64,000 nt of DNA from a virus: IMG/VR virus record IMGVR_UViG_3300025418_000011; one strand, given 5' to 3'. The notes beneath the pieces were generated by a model. That model worked only from the letters and a program-made list of their open reading frames with translations, ran no database searches and had not been told where the DNA came from. Below are positions 30,001 through 40,041 of the stretch, one piece after another. Position 1 is the first letter of the stretch; the number at the start of each line of letters is the position of its first letter. Made by a program: the position numbers and the translations under genes.

Positions 30001-33000
30001 CATGTAGTTACAATAAACGCAGTTAATGCTGTAGGTACTACGTCAGTTACTTTTAATATCAACCTATCTCAAGAAATATCTGAAATCATTGCGGATTATG
30101 GAACAGGATTTTGCTACACTTTTAGTGATTTAAGCTCCTTAGGTGCTAGTTTAAATGTGTCTTTCTCCATATTAAATTTACCTTCATTTTTAAATATTTC
30201 TAGTCAGGCAAATAGCTCTTGCCACATCTATTCTTCAGGAATTCTTAATCAGACTAATGAAATTCAACAATATATCACATTATCCATAAATAATGCCGGT
30301 TTAATAACCAATAGATTTTTTAATTTTATATATTCTCCGTCACTACAAATAACTTATCCAGCTCAAGATCAATTATTTTATATAGTCTATTCTGGTGGCT
30401 ATAGCACGATAACTTTTAATGCTGACGCACCACTATTACAAATACTCACAGCTAGACCTATAAGCTTTTATTTAGCCTCTGGATTACCTAGGGGCTTGAG
30501 TATAACACAAGACGGAAAAGTTATAGGTGCAGCTAACGATGTTGAGGGTACGTATAATGTGCAGGTTATCGCAGGTACTTCCTCAGGAGCTAGATATATA
30601 TCTTCGTTTAAAATATATATTTCTTCTTCTCCGTTGAATGGTGGTGTGTTTTTAAATACCCCCTACTGTTATAAGATATCAGGATTAGGACAAGCCGACA
30701 GTTATGGTTATACTGGCCCATTACCTCCTGGACTTCATTTTACTGGGGCTACAGGAGCAACCTGCAATATTTATGGTACCGTTAGTGGATTAACCCATGC
30801 GGCAAATTACCCATTAACTTTGTTTGCAAATAAAGGAAGCACACAAATGCCCCTTTCTTTAAACTTAAATTATTTACCTAATTCACCCACACCCCAAATA
30901 ACTACACCATTAAGCCAAAATATTTACTATATTAATCCTCCAGACTACAACAATAGAGAATACACCACAGACTCCCCATTGTTTAGTGTTTATGCTACTC
31001 AAAATCCGATACTATTTTCTGCTGTAGGGTTACCTCCTTCTTTAAGTATAGTTCCAGAGTCGGGACAAATTGTGGGAGGACCGGTTAGCCAAACAGGAAC
31101 ATACAATGTGACCATTTCGGTAGAATCTGAATATGGCTACTATGGTACAGGTACTTGCTCAATAGTGGTTTCTGATACTGCAGATCAATCTATTGTGATG
31201 CTTGAGAATCATACAGTCTGTAAAAAAATAACCTCCGCAGATAACGCCATATTCTACAATATTAGCGGTACATGGCCCGACGGTGTTTCTTACAATGGTT
31301 TTCCTGGATTTAACTGCAATTTCACAGGCACTCCCGCAAGCACTAATTCTTCAGGTGTATTTTCTGTTGTGATTGAAAATCAATATTTAGGAGGCGCTTC
31401 TAATAATCAATACGATATTCAATATTGGGGACTGCCCAGCATAACAGGAATTTCAACAAATCAAACATACGAATCTTATACAGGAGCCACAGGGAATACG
31501 GGACCATCTTATAATTTCCTACCTTCTGTTTATCTGGGGCCGGGAGAGTATACTGATGATAATCCTTTGTTAAGTTTATCTGTAACAAACGATCCAACAA
31601 GTATTGAGATAACGAGCATTACACCCAGACACTTTACTAGTCTGCACTTTAATCCCAACGGAAATTTAGTGGGCTATCCTTCGTACGATGATATAAATTT
31701 ACATTACACCATATCCGCGAGAGTTTCGAACCCTGCAGGTAGCTCTAATATATTTACTTTCGTATTATCTTTTAGTGCCGTACATGCGACGATAGATTGG
31801 CCCACACCAGACACAATGGTTTATGGTCAGCGACTTAATGAGTTTCAGTTAAATGCGACCACCCAAGCTTCTGGGAATATAACATATTCTCCCCCGGCGG
31901 GATACCTACCTCCAATAGGTGTTGACACACTAACCGCCTATTACAATCCTACAAGTTTAGATTATCTACCCACACAAAAAACAAATCAAGTTACTGTATT
32001 ATCAAATTTGATATATGGGTTATTTCCAGACGTAACTGTTGATTTTTACCCCGCGTCAAATATAAATCCACCCATATACAATTTTTATCCTAGCTTCGTT
32101 TTATATAAGCAATTTTCAGACCTTAGCCCGTTAGCTTTAGTATCCTCCGCTAATCCAACCACAAAATTTGCTATCGCTGGCTTTACAGCAGGCACAGGCC
32201 CAACAGGAGCCTCTCAATCCAACTTAGGGTATTTCGGAGTTACTTCAAACACAACAATACAAGTAGGCACAGGGACAAGAACATTTACTGTTAATACTAT
32301 AGGATCTTTTGCGGCTGGGGATAGTGTCATGGTTACAAACACAGGAGGAATAAACCTCAGCTATATGATAGGAACAATATCTGCTATTTATAGCGGAAAC
32401 CGTATGACGATATCAGTTAGCAGTGTTGGGGGTAATGGTGGAACATTTTCTAGCTGGGAAATATCTTTATATTCCACAACATTTCCAGGTCCTACAGGCT
32501 CATCAGGCTCATCAGGCCCTGCATGGCCGGATTTACCAATCACACTAACTCCTCCATATTACCCTGGGCTTCCCCCACTACTAACAATAGATAACAGTGG
32601 AGCCTTAATTGGAACAGTTTTACCTAATATGCTAAACAAGAGCTATGGGTTGTCTATAACTGCTGTGGATTCTTTAGGAAACCAATCTCCCCCATACAAT
32701 TGCATACTGGCATTTGAACCAAGAAAGTCACATGTATTTTGGGACACCCCAGATCCTATAATTTATGGTACCCCGTTAACAGACCAGCAATTAAATGCAT
32801 CGTTTGATATATACACCGAGGGTGGAGTATTACTTTATAATTATCAATTAGGAGATGTATTGAACGTAGGAACAAACATTCTAACCGCGGAATACGTATC
32901 GTCAGATATAAATGTAGCAGGCTCCACAAAATCTGTATCTCTTGTTATTACGCCTAACCTCATAACAGGGTTATCTTCAGACCAAACTTTTGAGTCTAGT

Positions 33001-35361
33001 ACAGGAGCTACTGGAGGTTCAGGTCCTTCATATAACATATTACCTTCTGTTTATTTAAACTCGTCATATACAGAAGATAACCCCTTATTTACTGTAAATA
33101 CTTTAATTTCGCTTGCGGATTATCACAACTTTGGTGGTTATATTTTTACTGCCACAGGACTACCAAATTCTTTAACAATAACTAATACTGGAAAGATTGT
33201 TGGTAGCTATCCGCAGATTTCAGAAATAAACCAAACATACAACGTTACTATAAATTTAGTTAATACTGTTGTTTATTATCCACAATCCGGTGCTCATTAT
33301 AACGATCCCCCTCCATTCAATTTTACGCTATCTATACAACCAATACCCACCAATATTACATGGCCTGCACTAGATCCTGTGGTTTATGGTACACCTATAA
33401 CCGAAGTGCAATTAAACGCAACAGCTGACGTGGCGGGATCTTTCACATATACCCCGGATTACGGCACAGTATTCAACGTAGGCAATAACACCATAACAGC
33501 AGTATTTACCCCAGACAGTGAAGACTATGGTTCAGCTACAGTTACAAACAATTTAACTGTATTGATTAATAAAATCACTTCATTTACCCCAGCAAGCTTT
33601 TTAAATTCATATTATTCTGCAGCCACAGGACCCTCCGGGCCTGTATATAGTCCTAATCCTTCTGAATACTTAAACAATGGACCTTACACAGGAGGCAACC
33701 CGTTGTTTTCTTTTGGTGCTGCTTCTACTGTATATACATACAGCGCAACAGGACTACCTTCTTCTTTAACTGTGGGAGGACTAGGAAATATCATAGGTAC
33801 ACCAAGTACGCAAGATTTGAATAAGGTATATTATATATCTCTATACGCTCAAGGTAATGATAATTACCAAAATAATCGCCCAAGGTCATTTTATTTGAAG
33901 TCTCCTCCTTATAATTTTGTTTTAGATTTAACCCCGAAAAATCACCCAGTATTAACTTGGTCTTCTCCGAATCCAATAACTTATGGTACTCCCTTGAGTA
34001 CAGACCAATTAAATGCCTCTTCAAACGTAGACGGAACTTTTACATATTCTCCAGCCTCAGGGACAGTATTAAATCATATCCATAACACATTGAATACTGT
34101 ATTTACCCCTACGTCTGTAGACTATTACACAGCCGAGGCATCAGTAAATATAAATGTAAACCCAGCAGGGGGCCCGATAGCAATAACAGGAATTTCTACA
34201 ACTCAAGCTATATATCAATCACATACCGGTTCAACAGGCTCAACAGGTACATATTATAATTTCTTGCCTTCTGTTTATCTGGCTGCGGGGCCATACACAG
34301 ACAATAATCCGCTACTTACAGTAAACACGGATGTCTTGGCTTCCGGTTTCATCGCTCAAGGTTTACCAAATACCCTATCTATAAACACCAACGGAAATAT
34401 TATAGGTACCCCTGTAGCTAGTCAGTTAAACGCGATTTATAATGTCACTGTATATGCTAATAATAATGGGACATTATCAAGCGCATTCCATTTTGTACTG
34501 AGTATTCAGAAAGGCATACCACAACTTAATTGGGATAATCCTGCAGATATAGTTTATAAAACACAGTTAATTCCTGGAGCCCAGTTGAATGCCACAACTG
34601 ACGTTTTGGGTAAATACGTATATGATCCCGTCCCAGGAACAATTTTAATGGTTGGTACAAATATTCCGCTACACGTCACTTTCACGCCAAACTCAAGTGA
34701 TTTTATACCCGTCACGAAAACCGTGCATATAAATGTAGTGCCAGCAACAACAAACTTAGTAACCATAACAGGGGTAGCAGTAAATATTCCAGTCCTTAGC
34801 CAAACAAGTCAGGTTAGTTATGTAAAACCTCCGGGCCTAAATTATTCTTTCCCTGTATATGTGAATGTATACACTATTATGCCTTCTGTTTATTTAAATT
34901 CAGGACCATACACAGACGATAATCCATTAATTTCAATAACCACAGATAATCCTCCATTTGGATTTCAGGCAATAGGGTTGCCTGAAGGATTATCGATAAG
35001 TGCAAATGGAAACATAGTTGGCAACCCAAGCAGTAATGATATAGATAGACTTTTCTCGATATCTATATCTCCCGATAATTTGGTATACAGCGCACAGGTA
35101 ATATATATTACGCTAGGTATACCCAAACAAGATCCGGTAATTACTTGGCCACAAATAACTCACGTAGGTGTTCCCTGGTTTACGGGGGCTTATGGAGCCA
35201 CTGCTTCTGTTCCTGGTACATTCATTTATGCCCCAGATTATGCGGAGTATGATTACGGAGGTAGCTATACTTGGTCAGCTACTTTCTATCCTAGCAACAG
35301 CACTGACTATAATATTATCCCAGCTACCACCACACTTCAGTTAATTGGTCGCAATTATTAA
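27025..35361 (+). CDS. Giant 2778-aa tail fibre/adhesin with tandem Ig-like (He_PIG-like and YG..QLNA) domains; paralog 2
   Basis: N-terminal LEYLSSNSLISYPF; many LPxGLSI..NG.I.G...G.Y.VT..A.N repeats; six TWP.P....YG.P....QLNA domains. Confidence 0.78.
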   Translation: MPALEYLSSNSLISYPFKDSVAPNQSLDIPKGAFLDALFVTNDKNIKRVYISSISNIDGDINIALSEVNNGDIGSLSFPLSSAISHLANTQTSFFSYSGDGWVIKLIFGDEINFLSSFSGTVEYTADQTEFLSSLIVWYPRKVTSLSFDTYAHDGYTASHILQNIKTYGAGEAVILDNGTNNEFTTDSTHQLYIDVAKGLGTGLWNPCPDGDIVDIYTVNNSSPNSSGALFIAPSDCYSLDLLSANTLNEITSGELKTKTDYSNFSTPIPARNGVAAHTNTFNAISSDMGGHGLVFNNHCSPKCSPENISGFANYLNRSTDALAELYKVVNNPQQTYGIGKINGSAFAENNSTGLINSAHFVVTSFCAYRNGKPTPVGPTCSGGFKKYFHEGRELTITSGAINYVFQIKEVISTHEVILGVTTQSNIAFNDICAALSGNLNNFIVNDYGIKNALNDAITRSNAAAANKNQPYATLNYGTLEAYNADKQYGTFITSVIVIYNPSPAAISYSVSAFTSDQATLVPSSVKIKNSIGDISYGASVGTIACKDYNIFESIYFIPCSQDIDHLNTGKVTFEITNTSTPSNTPINYYSNGVLIDAVQTPMTIPEPGATITAAYCVSVNNTQDVISVNYGVPFSYPINMPEATEFTVTGTPPSWITIDTSSNSPRIYSSNPNGNTSEVYSFTVFGKSGSLYYFLQLTIDYFAPPVINYPTQNEVINIYPPDGGPQVLTTRTFTKSAPLIPIAASNYPTSYSITLDNNLSGVSIGPTGTNNLPPGLSVGGNGLIGKLKMPSNTVYPAFYPLTLVAHNSAGSSSPVHVLLEINETGIATSYAKQGEQFNYSIIVGPEVISQTVEQILPDWLLFDPTLNHSSAGAVPNFYGTNYDTTSTEINIVVKQQLYGGSYRLVSYTIPYIVTPIINYPTNSTVINLYPPDFKNPIGSNTQFTSVNPLFTVSALGATSFNDNNGTLPLGLSIDNNGNITGQISDDASLGLHVVTINAVNAVGTTSVTFNINLSQEISEIIADYGTGFCYTFSDLSSLGASLNVSFSILNLPSFLNISSQANSSCHIYSSGILNQTNEIQQYITLSINNAGLITNRFFNFIYSPSLQITYPAQDQLFYIVYSGGYSTITFNADAPLLQILTARPISFYLASGLPRGLSITQDGKVIGAANDVEGTYNVQVIAGTSSGARYISSFKIYISSSPLNGGVFLNTPYCYKISGLGQADSYGYTGPLPPGLHFTGATGATCNIYGTVSGLTHAANYPLTLFANKGSTQMPLSLNLNYLPNSPTPQITTPLSQNIYYINPPDYNNREYTTDSPLFSVYATQNPILFSAVGLPPSLSIVPESGQIVGGPVSQTGTYNVTISVESEYGYYGTGTCSIVVSDTADQSIVMLENHTVCKKITSADNAIFYNISGTWPDGVSYNGFPGFNCNFTGTPASTNSSGVFSVVIENQYLGGASNNQYDIQYWGLPSITGISTNQTYESYTGATGNTGPSYNFLPSVYLGPGEYTDDNPLLSLSVTNDPTSIEITSITPRHFTSLHFNPNGNLVGYPSYDDINLHYTISARVSNPAGSSNIFTFVLSFSAVHATIDWPTPDTMVYGQRLNEFQLNATTQASGNITYSPPAGYLPPIGVDTLTAYYNPTSLDYLPTQKTNQVTVLSNLIYGLFPDVTVDFYPASNINPPIYNFYPSFVLYKQFSDLSPLALVSSANPTTKFAIAGFTAGTGPTGASQSNLGYFGVTSNTTIQVGTGTRTFTVNTIGSFAAGDSVMVTNTGGINLSYMIGTISAIYSGNRMTISVSSVGGNGGTFSSWEISLYSTTFPGPTGSSGSSGPAWPDLPITLTPPYYPGLPPLLTIDNSGALIGTVLPNMLNKSYGLSITAVDSLGNQSPPYNCILAFEPRKSHVFWDTPDPIIYGTPLTDQQLNASFDIYTEGGVLLYNYQLGDVLNVGTNILTAEYVSSDINVAGSTKSVSLVITPNLITGLSSDQTFESSTGATGGSGPSYNILPSVYLNSSYTEDNPLFTVNTLISLADYHNFGGYIFTATGLPNSLTITNTGKIVGSYPQISEINQTYNVTINLVNTVVYYPQSGAHYNDPPPFNFTLSIQPIPTNITWPALDPVVYGTPITEVQLNATADVAGSFTYTPDYGTVFNVGNNTITAVFTPDSEDYGSATVTNNLTVLINKITSFTPASFLNSYYSAATGPSGPVYSPNPSEYLNNGPYTGGNPLFSFGAASTVYTYSATGLPSSLTVGGLGNIIGTPSTQDLNKVYYISLYAQGNDNYQNNRPRSFYLKSPPYNFVLDLTPKNHPVLTWSSPNPITYGTPLSTDQLNASSNVDGTFTYSPASGTVLNHIHNTLNTVFTPTSVDYYTAEASVNINVNPAGGPIAITGISTTQAIYQSHTGSTGSTGTYYNFLPSVYLAAGPYTDNNPLLTVNTDVLASGFIAQGLPNTLSINTNGNIIGTPVASQLNAIYNVTVYANNNGTLSSAFHFVLSIQKGIPQLNWDNPADIVYKTQLIPGAQLNATTDVLGKYVYDPVPGTILMVGTNIPLHVTFTPNSSDFIPVTKTVHINVVPATTNLVTITGVAVNIPVLSQTSQVSYVKPPGLNYSFPVYVNVYTIMPSVYLNSGPYTDDNPLISITTDNPPFGFQAIGLPEGLSISANGNIVGNPSSNDIDRLFSISISPDNLVYSAQVIYITLGIPKQDPVITWPQITHVGVPWFTGAYGATASVPGTFIYAPDYAEYDYGGSYTWSATFYPSNSTDYNIIPATTTLQLIGRNY
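31441..35340 (+). repeat. Six tandem two-domain protein repeats inside the giant fibre
   Basis: Recurrent ITG.S..Q...S.TG.TG..GP.YN.LPSVYL..GPYTDDNPL followed by W..P..I.YG..L...QLNA. Confidence 0.8.
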
Positions 35362-35404
35362 TCTCTTGTAAAACTGCTTTAAATTAAGATATAAATAAAT
35401 ACAG

Positions 35405-36805
35405 ATGGCTATCAATACTCTTAATTTTTTAAACAAAAACCAATTTAGGAGATACCCTCTTAAATCAGGATCTTCATTGACTTCTATAGACGGTAAAAAA
35501 ATAACAAATGAATTATTTGTAGGGGCGAGTATAACAACCACAATCGATCGTAAAAATATATTTATAAAGCAAGTATATGTGAATGGCTCGAATATAAGGG
35601 TTACTTTAGCTTGCCAGCTATCTAATTCTTTTTTTGAGACATTAGGTGTGTTTTACGGAACAATAACTAGTGACTTCACAAGCATTCCTTTAACAGAAAC
35701 AATGAGATTCACTAGCGGCAGCTTAATAATAGGCACAGCTGACGCAGTTGCAAGCATGGCCGGTACTTATACTTTTGATACAGAAGCCCTGCAATTAGAA
35801 GAATCTACTATTTTTTATTACACTCCGCCAGGTGTTACTAGTGTACAAAACAATGGAGCACAATTAAGGGGAAATGTTAATTTTGGAGTGCTTACCAATA
35901 TAATTAAATCCAGACCAAATAATAATCAAATTAATTTTGGTGTGATAGACACCGTGAGTGTAACAAGCCTGGCCGACAAATCTTCTATTTTTAATAATTG
36001 TAATACTCCTGTAATAAGACATATAGATGGGGCCACACCATTCTACCAAGCTTCAAATTCCGTAGACTCCTCAGGTAACAGTAATTATGTTCCGGAGTTG
36101 CAGGGAAATCTATTTATGGTAGGTATTTCACCAATCACATTTAAAAACGAACAAAATTTAGGAGCTTCAGGAACTTTAGAATATTTAGGAGGCTTAAAAA
36201 CTGAAACATTCTCTGCCTCTACAGGTGCACCAATTACTTTGAATACTCTATGTAACGCTAGAAATTCAGTGTTGCCTCCAACCGCGCCAATTTATATAAA
36301 CTCAGGGCACCTACAGGATCCTACTACCCCAACAGGAACCACAGGTGCCCTTGGCTTGGCTAGTTATTATACAAAATCAAATTACAAACCTGCAAATTTT
36401 TATTCTGCAGTAGATCCAGAATTTGTATGGTGGCCGCAATTTTTTACATACAGTAGCATAACTCCAAATAGCCCGATTGTTGCAAACCAAGGAACAACAG
36501 GAAGTGTTGGATATGCGGCTATCTCCGGTGTTCCATCACCCAAGTATACTCTGACTGTTGTATATGTAAACAAAGGTACAGCAGATTTAACTATATCGTT
36601 ATTTAAAAATGGAGTTAGCCTAAATGGCTTTTACGGAGTAGTTGTAAAAGCCAATAGCTCTGTAACTGTTAGAAGCACCAGCGATAGTAACTATACGTAT
36701 CATGATACATTTATAGGCATTGCTAACGGAGATCATTTTACAGTATCATTTGATTCTGTTTCTGGTGGAGTGTCTACACTGCAGCCATATATATACTATA
36801 GATAA
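35405..36805 (+). CDS. Fibre-region paralog 3
   Basis: N-terminal LNFLNKNQFRRYPL; C-terminal jelly-roll-like beta domain. Confidence 0.6.
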   Translation: MAINTLNFLNKNQFRRYPLKSGSSLTSIDGKKITNELFVGASITTTIDRKNIFIKQVYVNGSNIRVTLACQLSNSFFETLGVFYGTITSDFTSIPLTETMRFTSGSLIIGTADAVASMAGTYTFDTEALQLEESTIFYYTPPGVTSVQNNGAQLRGNVNFGVLTNIIKSRPNNNQINFGVIDTVSVTSLADKSSIFNNCNTPVIRHIDGATPFYQASNSVDSSGNSNYVPELQGNLFMVGISPITFKNEQNLGASGTLEYLGGLKTETFSASTGAPITLNTLCNARNSVLPPTAPIYINSGHLQDPTTPTGTTGALGLASYYTKSNYKPANFYSAVDPEFVWWPQFFTYSSITPNSPIVANQGTTGSVGYAAISGVPSPKYTLTVVYVNKGTADLTISLFKNGVSLNGFYGVVVKANSSVTVRSTSDSNYTYHDTFIGIANGDHFTVSFDSVSGGVSTLQPYIYYR

Positions 36806-36808
36806 AAT

Positions 36809-37597
36809 ATGTCTGAATATATTGCATTAGGTTGGCAAAATGAGAATGGATTAACAAATTATCCATTAACTTTGCCGTTTGAAATAAACGATTTGATTGT
36901 AGATGCTTCGTTTATACAATTTGATAATTATGTACCCTCTTTTGTAAACGTACTTATTGGTGCGGACTACATGACATTTAATATCTTATTTGACTTAGGT
37001 GAAGTTACCGCCACATACAACCATTCAGATTATTCAACCGGCGTTAAAAATTTAAGATTTTATGACCATGGTGGCGATAGATATATAGGTTGTTTAACTA
37101 TAGGCGTTGGTGCATTGAAAGCATGGAACAGTTATGTAGGTGAAAACTTAATAGCTGGAGCTTTAACAGGAGGACCTATACCATTCGTACCATCCACAGT
37201 AAAAAGCATCCCTCTCAATGACGCGGTGTATACTTTAGATAGCTCTTACGGGTTTATTTCATTAGGAGCAAATCAAGACATAGCGGACACTTTTACAGAT
37301 ATTGGTGGAATAATTTATCAAACCTCCGCAGGGGGTAACACAATATTTTATAATGCCGTTAATTCCCCTCCATCTATCACGTTTAATGCTGTGGGAAATA
37401 GTGTTCCTCCGGCTACTAACAATATATATCCATTAAAACAAATAAACTTAACAAAACCTAAAAATAATAATATTACCATAGGCGGAAATGATATTATTAA
37501 GTTTAATTCTATAAATAATCAAAATCTTGAAATATATGTCGCCGGTCAAGGCGGAGCTAGTTCTTCTAACTTAGTATTGACCACATTATCTATGTAA
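36809..37597 (+). CDS. Fibre-region paralog 4
   Basis: N-terminal LGWQNENGLTNYPL...LIVDASF. Confidence 0.6.
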   Translation: MSEYIALGWQNENGLTNYPLTLPFEINDLIVDASFIQFDNYVPSFVNVLIGADYMTFNILFDLGEVTATYNHSDYSTGVKNLRFYDHGGDRYIGCLTIGVGALKAWNSYVGENLIAGALTGGPIPFVPSTVKSIPLNDAVYTLDSSYGFISLGANQDIADTFTDIGGIIYQTSAGGNTIFYNAVNSPPSITFNAVGNSVPPATNNIYPLKQINLTKPKNNNITIGGNDIIKFNSINNQNLEIYVAGQGGASSSNLVLTTLSM

Positions 37598-37598
37598 T

Positions 37599-38501
37599 AT
37601 GGAAGCACTAGAATGGTTAAATGAAAACTCCCTAAGGAATTATCCATTACTTGACGACGTTCCGGCTAATGGTTTACCAGAGAGCGCTATATTAGATTTG
37701 CAGCTGATTTTAAATTCTCCTTCAAACGTATCTGGAGCTAAATTAATAGATATCACAATAAGCAGTGTGTCTAAAGATATTTCAATTAATTTTACAGAAA
37801 ATTCATTTTACTATAGTTTAATCGATAACAACTTAAACACGTTTTCAGACATACAGTTTCCTTTGTATATCAGAAATTCCTCAGGCAGTCTTTTAGTTTT
37901 AGGAGATGGGCTTTTAAAAATACCTGTAAATACTCCTACTACATACAACCTACCTGTTGAGCCCGCCACAGTATTTGAATTTGGAGGTGCTTGGTTGGGT
38001 GTTAGAAGTATTAACCAAACTCCCAACTATGCCACAAACTCGGGAGATATTTCTCCGGCGTTACCCCTGACTTCAATAAGTGGAATAGCTACTGCAGGTG
38101 ACGTGGAGTTTATTCCTGGCTATAACTATCAAATAAATTTTGATAATAGTTTGATAAACATGACTGCGGCATATGCGTTAGGCTTACAAATGGACTGCAC
38201 AACAAGATTTTTACCTCCCCAATATCATGATTGCCCAGATATTGTTTCTTATATTAATGGAATTCCGCCAGACAGCGACGGTATTTTCAAGTTTGTGCAA
38301 GGCAATAACATTTATTTAGTAGACGGGAATTCTGTACAACAGCCTATACAAGATACAAATATATCTCCTCCGCTAGGTAGCTATACAGATATTTCTGGAA
38401 ATCAGCAAACAGGACTTAACAACAACACAGTATTTGTAGGGTTGACATTCTTAGAATCTGATTTATGCTCTCCTGTACAGCTATTGCCTACAAATAATTA
38501 A
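37599..38501 (+). CDS. Fibre-region paralog 5
   Basis: N-terminal LEWLNENSLRNYPL...AILDLQL; VSYINGIPPDSDG. Confidence 0.6.
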   Translation: MEALEWLNENSLRNYPLLDDVPANGLPESAILDLQLILNSPSNVSGAKLIDITISSVSKDISINFTENSFYYSLIDNNLNTFSDIQFPLYIRNSSGSLLVLGDGLLKIPVNTPTTYNLPVEPATVFEFGGAWLGVRSINQTPNYATNSGDISPALPLTSISGIATAGDVEFIPGYNYQINFDNSLINMTAAYALGLQMDCTTRFLPPQYHDCPDIVSYINGIPPDSDGIFKFVQGNNIYLVDGNSVQQPIQDTNISPPLGSYTDISGNQQTGLNNNTVFVGLTFLESDLCSPVQLLPTNN

Positions 38502-38511
38502 AAATACATAT

Positions 38512-38829
38512 ATGAATACACCTAAGAAAAAAATGGTATTTACAAGTGTTAATCAAATATTAAATTTGATCAAATCCACTCCAGCTCTTCAGCAACTACC
38601 GAGGTTTGCCACATTCAAGAACGCTGAGTTGAGTACTGCCCCTGTTAAAAGCTGCAATTGCTCTAAAAATATCATAACCCCGGATATCAATAAACAGATG
38701 CTTGAGAATACATTATCTTCTCTCACAGATGCCGATTTCTTGACGATCAAAGGAGTGCTTGGACTAGATGAGCTTTGCTATTACAAGCGGATTGCAGGAA
38801 ACGGTAGATTAGAGATGATTTGCGTTTAA
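38512..38829 (+). CDS. Hypothetical Cys-containing protein
   Basis: 105 aa, CNC motif. Confidence 0.55.
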   Translation: MNTPKKKMVFTSVNQILNLIKSTPALQQLPRFATFKNAELSTAPVKSCNCSKNIITPDINKQMLENTLSSLTDADFLTIKGVLGLDELCYYKRIAGNGRLEMICV

Positions 38830-38832
38830 TTA

Positions 38833-39543
38833 GTGGGTATAATAAGCAGTATGAACCCAGAAAATCAGCATATTGCATATTATATAAATTCATCGGCAGG
38901 TAAAAGCATACCATTACCCCTGGAGAGCATAGATGGATCTATAGATTGCAAAAAGTCTATAATCAGGTGCAGGAAAAATTCACCGCTGCAGGAGTATGTT
39001 TCACCCCTAGGTTATAGGGGTTTTCCTGGTGTACCTTATGAGCAAGGAGTTCCAAACCCTGATACATATTATCAGGGAGAGGATATCGTATTAGATAGTA
39101 TGCTTGTTTATCTTGGGGAAATGGTAGACCACAATAAATACACAATTTCTGTAGTAGTTAAGCCTGATCCTCACTCTTTAACTCCCACATGGGTAGGTAG
39201 TATTGATAATGGAATTTATTCTACAGATAGAGTGGGGTTCTACCAGATCTGGATACCGTCAGCAACCACACAGAATCTTTTTGCTGGTTCGTACTATTTA
39301 GACGTTATTCTTAAAGAACACGTCGGTAAAGGTGCTGGCGTTAAAGACCGCACCATGTTCTTGTTAACATATATTTTTAACGTAGAGTATAGCGCAGGTA
39401 GCAAACATCCAGAAAACTCGTCTAACTCTGGCGGTTTGCCTAATAGAGGAGAGCTAGAGAACACCTGGCCACCTGCGGCTGATATAATCGGGACATCAAC
39501 AAACCACAACACATACACAGCTCCTAGTCAGTACCCCCTTTAA
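38833..39543 (+). CDS. Hypothetical protein with an Ig/BppU-like beta-sandwich
   Basis: YYQGEDIVL...GFYQIWIPSATTQNLFAGSYYLDV pattern; GTG start. Confidence 0.4.
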   Translation: MGIISSMNPENQHIAYYINSSAGKSIPLPLESIDGSIDCKKSIIRCRKNSPLQEYVSPLGYRGFPGVPYEQGVPNPDTYYQGEDIVLDSMLVYLGEMVDHNKYTISVVVKPDPHSLTPTWVGSIDNGIYSTDRVGFYQIWIPSATTQNLFAGSYYLDVILKEHVGKGAGVKDRTMFLLTYIFNVEYSAGSKHPENSSNSGGLPNRGELENTWPPAADIIGTSTNHNTYTAPSQYPL

Positions 39544-39602
39544 TTACTCCGCTTATTTTTTGGTATAACTTAATAAGTGGCAATGTTTCGCCATTTATTT
39601 AA

Positions 39603-39857
39603 ATGCTTGTTGCAAAATTCTTAGAAAAATTAGATTGGGTTTCAGACTCTAGGTTGTATAGTTTGTCGTCCCCCTTAAAAGGACACAATTACATAATTGT
39701 GTCCTCCTCAGAAGGACAGATTCCAGACACAGCAATCTATGGCGCAGATAAGTACGGCAATCCTCTAGACTTTGAGGACCTGCCAGGAAGTTACACAGGA
39801 ACAAGTCATATGGAGGCGTTAAGAAGAGCGGGATATATACTTTTTATAAATGAATAA
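39603..39857 (+). CDS. Small conserved-looking phage protein
   Basis: 84 aa; IYGADKYG...EDLPGS...HMEALRRAGY. Confidence 0.6.
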   Translation: MLVAKFLEKLDWVSDSRLYSLSSPLKGHNYIIVSSSEGQIPDTAIYGADKYGNPLDFEDLPGSYTGTSHMEALRRAGYILFINE

Positions 39858-40041
39858 AAAAGTAATAACAAACCCCGAAGCAAGTGCATTGGGGTTCAAA
39901 GAAAAACCATACAGAAAGTGGCCAGAAGACAAAAATCTAGTAGTCTTAACCATAAACGGTTGGGATGACTTATTTTTTGATCGTGAAGGCACCCTTGTGT
40001 ATCTAACCACACTAAATAAACATGAGTCACGAAATAGTTGA
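39850..40041 (+). CDS. Hypothetical protein
   Basis: 63 aa, overlapping operon arrangement. Confidence 0.5.
   Translation: MNKKVITNPEASALGFKEKPYRKWPEDKNLVVLTINGWDDLFFDREGTLVYLTTLNKHESRNS

Noticed and set aside
31441-35340. DGR template/variable repeat or CRISPR array in the fibre repeats
   Set aside because: The repeats are diverged in-frame protein domains, not A-specific variants or spacer-separated identical repeats; no reverse transcriptase or cas gene in the window.
447-39543. Extracellular contractile injection system or T6SS instead of a phage
   Set aside because: A capsid protein, neck genes, terminase, tRNAs and replication genes are present; the tail operon is part of a phage genome.
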